DNA of 64,000 bases from Deltaproteobacteria bacterium (GTDB lineage Bacteria; Desulfobacterota; Desulfobaccia; Desulfobaccales; 0-14-0-80-60-11), in assembly GCA_016875015.1 (NCBI GenBank), contig VGSJ01000005.1:848-64847 (forward strand), given 5' to 3'. Positions within the stretch are counted from its first letter, which is position 1; each line of letters begins with the position of its first letter. Below are positions 26,847 through 34,305 of the stretch, in pieces. The translations under genes were made by a program, and so were the position numbers. The notes below the pieces were generated by a model. It was given only the letters and a program-made list of their open reading frames with translations, was not told the origin of the DNA and did not search any database.

Positions 26847-27722
26847 TTACAGCCTCTGCCACAGCATTAACACAAACACCAGGCCCATACCCAGGTGCAG
26901 CGTTAACGTCAGCCTGGCCAGCAGCATCAGGCGCCTCTCATCCCGGTAGGCTTTCCGTTTAACCAGTTCCTGGTTGATCACCGCCAGGAGCAAGAGGGGC
27001 CAGAGCCCGAACCGCCAGGGCAGGCTCGCGGCCGGGAAGATCAAAATCAGCGCCAGCCCGATGATGGTAAAAATATTACAGAGGGTAAAAATCAGGGCCC
27101 CGGTCGCCGGTTCCACCCGGGCCGCCAGGGTGCGGGAACCTGGCGCGGCGCCGGGGCCGGGAAAGCCGTAGATCAGGAACAGGTTAAAGCCCGCAAAGGT
27201 CAGGGGCAGGCCGTAGAGCAGGACCTCGGTCAGCAGCTGGCCGCATTGCAGGTACAGCCCGGTAGCCACCGGCAGCAGCCCGAAGCAGAAGCCTCCCACC
27301 GCCTCTCCCAGACCCCGGCGATGCCACGCCAGAGGCGGGGCAAAGGAGAAATACCCTCCCAGGATACCCAGGCCGCCCAGGGGGATGGTGAAATCGCCGG
27401 TGCGCCAGCCGAACTGCAGGGCAAACCCCAGAACCGCCGCCACCGCCAGGGCTGCATAGGCGGGGATTTCCGGCCGCCGGGCGAACATCAACTTCCAGGC
27501 CGGGCACCGGCCCGCTCCGGGGCAAAAGACTTCCCGGCCGGCAAAGGCCGCCAGGATCAGGGCCGCCACCGCCAGGGTGCCTGCCATAAGGACCCCCGGT
27601 CGCACCGGCAATCCCGACACCCCCGCCAACAGCGCCCCCACCCACAGCGGCAGACAGCCGGCCAGCAGAAACGGGAGCGGCGGGATCAGGCTGGTCACAA
27701 ACGTCGCGGCTGTGGCGCCCAT
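26847..27722 (-). CDS. Polytopic integral membrane protein, function unknown
   Basis: 291 aa with about 8-9 hydrophobic helices. I saw no NDxxD prenyltransferase motif. Confidence 0.6.
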   Translation of the reverse strand: MGATAATFVTSLIPPLPFLLAGCLPLWVGALLAGVSGLPVRPGVLMAGTLAVAALILAAFAGREVFCPGAGRCPAWKLMFARRPEIPAYAALAVAAVLGFALQFGWRTGDFTIPLGGLGILGGYFSFAPPLAWHRRGLGEAVGGFCFGLLPVATGLYLQCGQLLTEVLLYGLPLTFAGFNLFLIYGFPGPGAAPGSRTLAARVEPATGALIFTLCNIFTIIGLALILIFPAASLPWRFGLWPLLLLAVINQELVKRKAYRDERRLMLLARLTLTLHLGMGLVFVLMLWQRL

Positions 27723-27753
27723 GCGTATCGTTATCCAGGAAACGTTTCCTTAT

Positions 27754-28030
27754 TTATGTCATAACCCGGCAACACGTCAAGGAATTTCCCGGACTCACCG
27801 CTTTCCGGCGGCCGGCGCAAATCAGGGTCTCAAAGATGTTGAACCTGGTGGCCGCCAGTTGTCCGCTCCAGAGGGCGCCGGAGCCATAGAAGAGGTTGCG
27901 GCCGACGACCGGGTTGCGCACCAGTCGTTCTGACTCATTGTTGCCCATGGGGACTTCGGGATGGTCAAGGAAGACGGTCAGCCCGGGCCAGTGGTTCGGG
28001 GAGGCCGTTAAAACTGGCGGGCCGGGGAGT
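27754..28030 (-). pseudogene. IS66-family-like transposase C-terminal fragment
   Basis: The minus strand reads ..PNHWPGLTVFLDHPEVPMGNNESERLVRNPVVGRNLFYGSGALWSGQLAATRFNIFETL.., matching the L..FLdd..vp.dNN..ER..R....GRKNwlF.GS pattern. No N-terminal part or terminal repeats are present. The upstream limit is approximate. Confidence 0.5.
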
Positions 28031-28418
28031 GGAGTTGGGTTCTCGGGTCCGGCTCCACCCCCCTGAACCGCGAGGCCGCGCTGAGGGGATCTGCCGGACT
28101 TGAGACGGCTACCTGGTTGTCCTCAAAGGCATTCCCCGGGTAGCATATTTTTCAGCCAGTGCTCAGGGTAAAGCGGGGTTTTTCATTCCTGACCTTATGG
28201 ATCAAGACTCAAAACCATTGCCCCTGAGACTTTAAAATGATAACGGGTTAACCGAATCTTTACTTAACTTATCAACATTGACTAATTATTTCAATATGCT
28301 AAGCTAATTATAGTTATTTCAAACGCTTATTGCTAACCTTGACACAACATAGCTCTATTTGTAGTGTTTTCTGCCAAGATTACACTACCTTAAACAGAGT
28401 TTTTTATCAACCTAATTT

Positions 28419-28629
28419 ATGAGAGAATTCAAACTTAGAATGTGGAACAAAGATCATAAGAAGATGTTCTATTCCATCAATGAGCATCACGAAGATAGGC
28501 AAGGACAATGGGTAGCGTTATGAAATAGAAACTTGGTATAATCATAAATGGAATGAATTGGAGATAATCGGTAATATCTACGAAACCCCAGAACTCCTTA
28601 GCAGAGACCATGCCATAGAATCCTCTTGA
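28419..28629 (+). pseudogene. YopX-family phage protein remnant (frameshifted and shortened)
   Basis: MREFKLRMWNKDHKKMFYSINEH... stops at 28521. The +1 frame then continues ..WNELEIIGNIYETPELL.. to TGA 28627. Both are hallmark YopX N- and C-terminal motifs. The segment is AT-rich. Confidence 0.6.
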
Positions 28630-28743
28630 ACGACAATTGGTTTTTAGATATATACACTCAGGAGAACCAGATCGTAGCCAAATCACAGCCGTCAGAGAAA
28701 ATATTCCAACATATATCGGAAACACATTGAAATACCTACAAAA

Positions 28744-28831
28744 GCCTGGGTGGCGGAACGGGTAGACGCAAGGGACTTAAAATCCCTCGGGGTGTGACCC
28801 CGTGCCGGTTCGAGTCCGGCCCCAGGCACCA
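28744..28831 (+). tRNA. tRNA-Leu (anticodon TAA), integration target of the island
   Basis: 88 nt. Acceptor GCCTGGG/CCCAGGC, long variable arm, anticodon loop CTTAAAA (TAA at 28778-28780), T arm CCGGTTCGAGTCCGG, encoded CCA. Confidence 0.9.
28773..28831 (+). repeat. attL: 3' part of tRNA-Leu, direct repeat partner of 63371-63428
   Basis: GGACTTAAAATCCCTCGGGG(tgtga)CCCCGTGCCGGTTCGAGTCCGGCCCCAGGCACCA is identical to the right copy except for the variable-arm loop (tgtga versus ttcg). Confidence 0.85.
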
Positions 28832-28865
28832 ATAATATCAAGTAGTTATAATTATGGGATGATGA

Positions 28866-30074
28866 TTATTCCGGGGTTTGGTCAACGTTTTGGTCAACAC
28901 TTTGCAGATTTAGCTGGTTATCAAGCCACTCGGTATAGCGGGCCATGGCGCGATGGAGATCGTCTTCTGAAGGCGCCATGTAATGGACATCCATCCCGTG
29001 CAGGCTATGGCCTAAGATGATGTCCCGGTGAACCTGGTCAACACCGGCGTTGACCATGTTGGTCTTCACGGTACGGCGCAGGTCATGAAAGATCAGCCCA
29101 CCGGGCACATCCCGTCCATGGTCGATCCCAGCCCGCTGACAGGCCTTCTTGAAGGAATCCTTAACTCCTCCCACATTGATGATGGGCTTGCCCCGATAGG
29201 TCAGCACAAAATCATGGTGCAGAGCTTGGGGAAGTTCAGCCAACACCCGCCGCACATGGTGGTTAATGGGAATCACCTTGGGTCTGTTCTCCTTGGTGAA
29301 ATCGGCCGATAAACGGATGCACCATTTTTCCCGGTCAATATGACTCCACTTGAGGGAGCGCAACTCTCCCAGTCTCATGCCAGTATTGACGGCCAAGGTC
29401 AGGAAAGCCCGAAGGTGCGGCGGGGATATGTTTAAGAGACTCACATACTCTGCTATGCTCAACGTCCGCCGCCTGGCATTGGCTGCCCTCCTCAGTTTCC
29501 TCTTTAACGTTCTGAAAGCCTTGACTGTCCGACCATCCACCAGATCATTGTCGAAGGCCTTGGTAACCATGGTCTTGGCGAGGCTGATTTCCATGTCGAT
29601 GGAAGCCGGAGCCAGCCCTTCCTCTTCTCGCTTGTCTTGGTAAGTTTCCAGGTCCAGGGGTTTAAGGCTGCTGACAATACGATTGCCGAAGAACTTGTTG
29701 AAGCTCCCCAAAGCACATTTTACCCGTTTGAAGGAGGCTAATTTCTGTACCGATTTCAGGTTGAGATACCAGTCGATGAGTTCTGAGAAGGTCATGCGTT
29801 CCGCTGGTATTTTTTCCAAGATTCCAGGATTCTCATACTTTTGGGCTTTGCGCTTGCCTTCCGCGGCCTTGGCCTCTTCAATCCCGAGCGGCTGGCCATC
29901 CGGGTCATTCCCCACGTACTCCCGGCGCTGCTTTCCCCCAGGCAGGCGATAGGTCACCCAATACCTGACCTTCTTGGCCCTCTTGGCTGCCGTCAGATCA
30001 CTGCCGCAGGCGCATCTCCGGTTTTTAGTCGATTGCTTTTTATGACACCAGGGGCATTCTGCTAAAATCGCCAT
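28866..30074 (-). CDS. int: Tyrosine-type site-specific integrase
   Basis: 402 aa. Catalytic region RLGELRSLKWSHID ... LIFHDLRRTVKTNMVNAGV ... ILGHSLHGMDVHYMAP (R..HxxR..H..Y). It ends 35 nt from the tRNA. Confidence 0.9.
   Translation of the reverse strand: MAILAECPWCHKKQSTKNRRCACGSDLTAAKRAKKVRYWVTYRLPGGKQRREYVGNDPDGQPLGIEEAKAAEGKRKAQKYENPGILEKIPAERMTFSELIDWYLNLKSVQKLASFKRVKCALGSFNKFFGNRIVSSLKPLDLETYQDKREEEGLAPASIDMEISLAKTMVTKAFDNDLVDGRTVKAFRTLKRKLRRAANARRRTLSIAEYVSLLNISPPHLRAFLTLAVNTGMRLGELRSLKWSHIDREKWCIRLSADFTKENRPKVIPINHHVRRVLAELPQALHHDFVLTYRGKPIINVGGVKDSFKKACQRAGIDHGRDVPGGLIFHDLRRTVKTNMVNAGVDQVHRDIILGHSLHGMDVHYMAPSEDDLHRAMARYTEWLDNQLNLQSVDQNVDQTPE
28878..28898 (+). promoter_or_regulatory. 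Two TTGGTCAAC direct repeats (candidate integrase arm-type sites, left arm)
   Basis: Copies lie at 28878-28886 and 28890-28898, inside the integrase 3' end (encoding VDQNVDQ). The same 9-mer occurs three times at 63212-63240, and TTGGTCAACACT(T/A)TGCAGA is shared by both ends. Confidence 0.5.
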
Positions 30075-30222
30075 GCCGTACCTCCCATTAACATTTTACC
30101 CAAAAGGGGGCGAAAAGAGCCAAAAAAGTTAGGTCGCCACAAGAGGTTTAAATTCCTTTTTAACCTGCAGAAGTTGCTGCCCTTTCACCGCAAACCAGGT
30201 ATCGCTATCCATATAGTAAGCC

Positions 30223-30254
30223 TGTCGCAAGTTGTGTCGCAAGATTGTCGTAAG
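30223..30254 (+). promoter_or_regulatory. Three helically phased direct repeats TGTCG(C/T)AAG (candidate operator)
   Basis: Copies at 30223-30231, 30235-30243 and 30246-30254 (spacing 12 and 11 bp), in the int / 3-gene-cassette intergenic region. Confidence 0.4.
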
Positions 30255-30435
30255 TTGGCTAATCCCTGGAGCCGGTAAATCAACTGATTGGTGGCGCCTT
30301 CAATGATCAGCATCCCTGAGGGCGCAGGGGCTGGAGCGGCTAATGGCCCGGAGCGCGACCTCCTAATCTTTACCAACCGTTAACCGCCACCCCCTTTTAA
30401 CTGAATTCTTGACAGGCTCTCTTTTTCACTAATTT

Positions 30436-30464
30436 TTGACAACATATACTCAAATGAATATAAT
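30436..30464 (+). promoter_or_regulatory. Perfect consensus sigma-70 promoter for the 3-gene cassette
   Basis: TTGACA (30436-30441), 17 nt, TATAAT (30459-30464), about 50 nt upstream of the first start codon. Confidence 0.6.
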
Positions 30465-30516
30465 AAACACTCTCTGTAAGCAGGCTTACTGAATCAGTCT
30501 ACCTTTGGGCAAGTAC

Positions 30517-31200
30517 ATGGCGAAAGAGATAATAACTGAGGAATTATCGATAGTTGTGGTAGCTCGCAATCACAACCCCACCATTCTAAACCCTGATTTC
30601 CTCAAATATAATAAAATTGTTCCCACAGATTGGGAACTGGCTGGTAAGCCTATCTGTGCTGACCCGGTGGCCCAAGTAACCTTCAGCAACGGGGTCAACA
30701 TAGTCTCCCAATTTGATAAAGTTATTTTCTCTGAGGTTTTACGAGATAAGAAACCTGGAGACGTTGCCATTCCGGGGATCGCCCAAAAATATGTCGAGAC
30801 GCTCCCTCATGTAGATTACCGTGCCGTCGGTATAAATCCCAAAGGACATGTGGTTTTTACAGATGAGGCCGAGGTACAAAGATATATTGTTGATAATCTG
30901 CTAGCTCCCGGCCCTTGGCGGCAATTTGATGAGATATCCGTAAAGGCGGCCATTAAGTTTATTTATGCGCTCAAAGATTGCCAGCTTTCTCTCACCATCG
31001 AGGAAGGAAAACTCCAGGTTCAAGACAGTCTTTTACCGGTGGCGTTATTTGCCGCGAATTTTCACCATGACTTGGCTGGGGAATCCAAGGAAGAGAAATT
31101 AAAAAATCTGTCCAAGATACTCGATGAGTGGGAAAAAGACCTTAACTTATTCAGAGAAATGGTGAACGAGAGATTTCTTGGAATTTCGGGAAAACCATGA
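30517..31200 (+). CDS. Hypothetical protein A of the 3-gene cassette (beta-rich, apparent internal two-fold repeat)
   Basis: Track ORF 30505..31200 (TTG); ATG 30517 is the alternative used here. No motif recognised. The stop overlaps the next start (ATGA at 31197-31200). Confidence 0.6.
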   Translation: MAKEIITEELSIVVVARNHNPTILNPDFLKYNKIVPTDWELAGKPICADPVAQVTFSNGVNIVSQFDKVIFSEVLRDKKPGDVAIPGIAQKYVETLPHVDYRAVGINPKGHVVFTDEAEVQRYIVDNLLAPGPWRQFDEISVKAAIKFIYALKDCQLSLTIEEGKLQVQDSLLPVALFAANFHHDLAGESKEEKLKNLSKILDEWEKDLNLFREMVNERFLGISGKP

Positions 31201-31652
31201 ACAGCTCTAATCTTGCGGTAGACACCGGAACCCACGGCAACTATCTCGAACCCCTTGCCAGGGCCAAGGGCCAGGACGTCAGGAAGAACCCGGCCTACAG
31301 GAGTTCAAGGTATATCAGGTCCTCCTCTGCAAGTGGAGAGAGGCAGTGGCACATTTCCATCACCCATACTGACTCTTTATATGATGAAGCTTGCGGTCAA
31401 CCATACGTTCCGGAGACCCCGGAAAATATGTCGGCAAATGGGGAGACCACTGCGGAACTCACTACCGAAGATGCCTTCGCTCTCAGTTTGCAGCAATTCA
31501 TGCAGGGAAGTCACCTGGATGTGGAAGAAGATATTTGGGATATCGAGGTAAGGTTAATCCCGCCGCCTATGCCACAACGGCGTATCAAGGTCAAGTTCCG
31601 GTTCATCGGCAAGGAAACCCCGCGTATTTCATTCAACCCTGAACGAGACTGA
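31197..31652 (+). CDS. Hypothetical protein B of the 3-gene cassette
   Basis: 151 aa. S/R-rich N-terminal third, acidic middle, basic beta-like C-terminus (RRIKVKFRFIGKETPRISF). Translationally coupled to gene A. Confidence 0.55.
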   Translation: MNSSNLAVDTGTHGNYLEPLARAKGQDVRKNPAYRSSRYIRSSSASGERQWHISITHTDSLYDEACGQPYVPETPENMSANGETTAELTTEDAFALSLQQFMQGSHLDVEEDIWDIEVRLIPPPMPQRRIKVKFRFIGKETPRISFNPERD

Positions 31653-31659
31653 TGCTTTC

Positions 31660-32310
31660 ATGAGCCCGGGTGAATCTCCATTAATCTTGTCCGAATGGTA
31701 TGAACTGGTGTCTAGCGACCAGTTAATGCAGGGGGATATCTTTGAAGGCTGTCCGGTCTTCAGACCGCCGTCTGATCTGAAATGGCCCATTCAGGAGGAA
31801 AGTGAAGAGTTTGAATTTGCCTTGGGCACTCAAGATGTCATGGTCATGACCCAATCTTGCGATCTCCTGCCTGACCAGAAATCCGGTATGTGGCTGGTGA
31901 TCCTCTGTCCTATCTGGAAATTATCCGAAGCCTCCCGGGAAAACCAGATCTTAGCTTCAAGCTATGGCAAGGAAGAATGTCGCCGGGGGCATATGACCGG
32001 CTACCATATGATTGCCGGCTGCGAGCATGGTGATTGGAACCGAGAAATTTCCATCGTCAGTTTCCGTGAGGTTTGGAGCTTACCTTTGGATTTTGTCCGC
32101 CGTATGGCGGCCGCGTATGGACCGCGGCCCCGCCTGCGGCCCCCATATCGGGAGCATCTGGCTCAGGCCTTTGCGCGTTATTTCATGAGAGTCGGCCTAC
32201 CGGTGGATATCCCTGCCTTCAAGAGCAACAAAGCGGAGAGTGAGCTGCTAAAGAAACTCAACGCTCTGGATGCCGAGGCACGTCAGCGTCTTCTGTCGCA
32301 TTTCGCCTAA
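31660..32310 (+). CDS. Hypothetical protein C of the 3-gene cassette
   Basis: 216 aa, starting 7 nt after gene B. Notable motifs are LMQGDIFEGCPVF and DVMVMTQSCDLLPD. No family recognised. Confidence 0.6.
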   Translation: MSPGESPLILSEWYELVSSDQLMQGDIFEGCPVFRPPSDLKWPIQEESEEFEFALGTQDVMVMTQSCDLLPDQKSGMWLVILCPIWKLSEASRENQILASSYGKEECRRGHMTGYHMIAGCEHGDWNREISIVSFREVWSLPLDFVRRMAAAYGPRPRLRPPYREHLAQAFARYFMRVGLPVDIPAFKSNKAESELLKKLNALDAEARQRLLSHFA

Positions 32311-32599
32311 CTTTTTGCACTCTTTCCTTTCCCGGATATTTCCCTCATCCTCTGAGCCAATGGCCGATGACGGGGGCCAGCCTTGGCTGGTGGGAGTTCT
32401 GCGCTTCTATCCAGGGCGAGCGCCAGCCCCAGGTATAAAGTTGGTGCCAGGGGGCGGCGCTCGCTGGCGCCGGCCGTCGGCTACCTGGTCGGCAGCTGTC
32501 GCCCTCGGTCTTCAAGCACCGAGGGGACCAGGGGTGAATTTTTTTTAATCAGGTGGGTCCTTTTTACTTGGCCACAAGTGGTTCCTATTGCGTGGCCAT

Positions 32600-33160
32600 T
32601 CACACATCTTCATCGACCTCCACCTCATCAAGCAAGAGATTGTCTTCATCTACCACCTCCAAAGAAAAACCGGGCTTGCTAAGGTCCAGGCTGGCAATTT
32701 CTTCCGGAAACGGTTGAGCGTCGTCCACCATCCACAATTTGTCGAGGTAGTCCAAACAGGTGGCTTGCTTCCCAGGCCAGGCGCTCCAAATAAGGCTTGT
32801 GAATGAGTCCCCGCCCGTGGACTTCCGATAGAAATGACCCTTGCCCCCGATTTGGATGAATTGCTTGTCGATCTCGACGGTCCACCAGTGCCAGATCTCA
32901 TGCTCACCGAACCAACGCCTCGGGCCGTTGAGGCTGATATGAACCGTGACCTCCGCCTGAGTCACCTGCGGGATCTTGCTCAAGACATAAAGGGCTTTGG
33001 CCACAGAGACTAATTGGGCCGGGCGGGTGAATGGCGCATGCGTAATCTTACCCAGTAGTTGAATGGCCGCATCCACTATGTCCCGGTCGCTAGCAGAGAG
33101 GTAATAAGTATTCGAGAATTCGGAATCATTCCCTGACTCAGCGCCATTTTTGTCATTCAT
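32600..33160 (-). CDS. Hypothetical protein with a strongly acidic C-terminal tail
   Basis: Start ATG 33160 follows AGGAGG (MNDKNGAESGND...). The C-terminus is LEVVDEDNLLLDEVEVDEDV. It is the last gene downstream of the DISARM-like operon on the same strand. Confidence 0.6.
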   Translation of the reverse strand: MNDKNGAESGNDSEFSNTYYLSASDRDIVDAAIQLLGKITHAPFTRPAQLVSVAKALYVLSKIPQVTQAEVTVHISLNGPRRWFGEHEIWHWWTVEIDKQFIQIGGKGHFYRKSTGGDSFTSLIWSAWPGKQATCLDYLDKLWMVDDAQPFPEEIASLDLSKPGFSLEVVDEDNLLLDEVEVDEDV

Positions 33161-33318
33161 GAGACCTCCTGACCGGATGACAGCAGCGCGGGTCGGCCGG
33201 GGAAATAGAGGTGGGGATAAGCGATGCCCTGAAAACAAGTATAACGACCACCGGACCAGCCGCATTTCTGAGCGAAGGTTCCGGGTCCCACTCTATGCAA
33301 TTCGAATCTCTCCCCGCT

Positions 33319-34305
33319 TTAAATTTTCTGGTTCTTCGATGGCACATCGAACTCAGCAAACGGTAATAACCACGTGGGACCTGCGGCTATTCTGATTCCA
33401 TCCGATTGGTAGCCAGCTTTATGGAAAGCGTCCGCCTCTTTGAGGCACAACTTCCTGGCATCGCCCCACTGTTCATGAGTTAGGGGCTCGAGAATGAGAG
33501 GATGAATGCCAACTTCAAGGTCAAGCTCCTTGATCGGCAGCAGAACCGCTTCATGGACCATCTTCTCAAAATATGGTGATTGGGAACGGAGGAGCTCGAG
33601 CACCGGCTGATAGTAGTGGCGCCACATGCCTTCATCGAGAGTCACTTCGATGGGGTGTTTTGGTTTATCTTTCGGCGGGTCTGGGTCTCTCCAGAAAAAT
33701 TGCAGGACGTCATTGCGAAAATAGGTGATGCAGCCAATATAAAAGCGGGGCGCCACTCCATTGACACTGACAACCCGTTGTGCCTGCTGCTTCGCTTTGG
33801 CTTTTGGGTCGTTACCCGGGATGCTTATGCGTCCTTTGGCTTCAAGCGCCACCCATTCCTGAGAGCTGGTTTCTGCAATTAGATCAGGACGAGAACGGCC
33901 TGTGAGGACCGGGTTAAGCTGAGGGCGAAATACGTCCAGGTGCATTGCCCACGGGGCATCGAGACATTTCCAGGAAAACAGTTTGCAGAGTACCATGCCG
34001 AGGAAGTAGTTTACGGCACCTTTCTCAGATGGATCGAGGGTTTTTGCCGCATCGGTCCGGCGCAGCCGGCGAGCAGTTTGACCACGTTGCTCCAGGGCCA
34101 TCCGCACCAGGGACCAGCGGAATAATGCTTCGTACATTGAAGCCGTACCATGCCTGAAAACATACTGGCGGTTAGGGCGTCCAACAGTCACGGCGGCCCA
34201 GAGCAACTCGTCCCAGCTTGTTGAGAGCACAGCATTGCCATTGGATACTGGACTGGCCGGAGGCGGATCGAACCCTTCAGACCGGTAATCAATTTCAATC
34301 GGCAT
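33319..34305 (-). CDS. Predicted PD-(D/E)xK nuclease-fold protein
   Basis: SRPDLIAETSSQEWVALEAKGR supplies a D...E-x-K arrangement, preceded by an acidic helix (DPSEKG). It overlaps the methylase gene end by 11 nt. Confidence 0.5.
   Translation of the reverse strand: MPIEIDYRSEGFDPPPASPVSNGNAVLSTSWDELLWAAVTVGRPNRQYVFRHGTASMYEALFRWSLVRMALEQRGQTARRLRRTDAAKTLDPSEKGAVNYFLGMVLCKLFSWKCLDAPWAMHLDVFRPQLNPVLTGRSRPDLIAETSSQEWVALEAKGRISIPGNDPKAKAKQQAQRVVSVNGVAPRFYIGCITYFRNDVLQFFWRDPDPPKDKPKHPIEVTLDEGMWRHYYQPVLELLRSQSPYFEKMVHEAVLLPIKELDLEVGIHPLILEPLTHEQWGDARKLCLKEADAFHKAGYQSDGIRIAAGPTWLLPFAEFDVPSKNQKI

Noticed and set aside
26847-27722. UbiA-type prenyltransferase assignment for the 291-aa membrane protein
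   Set aside because: No NDxxD or DxxxD aspartate-rich motifs were found, so it is kept as a generic membrane protein.
28477-28725. 82-aa minus-strand ORF in the AT-rich stretch
   Set aside because: It is antisense to the YopX remnant. The hydrophobic-looking sequence is an AT-rich artefact.
30185-30376. 63-aa minus-strand ORF between int and the cassette as a possible excisionase
   Set aside because: It has no HTH-like segment, a TTG start without an RBS, and overlaps the direct-repeat operator. A better excisionase candidate exists at 60966-61229.
32311-32599. Convergent-gene spacer with GC-rich inverted repeats and a T8 run as a defined terminator or ncRNA
   Set aside because: The stems I could draw by hand are short or imperfect (GGACC..GGTCC with a 24-nt loop). 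The evidence is insufficient without a folding program.
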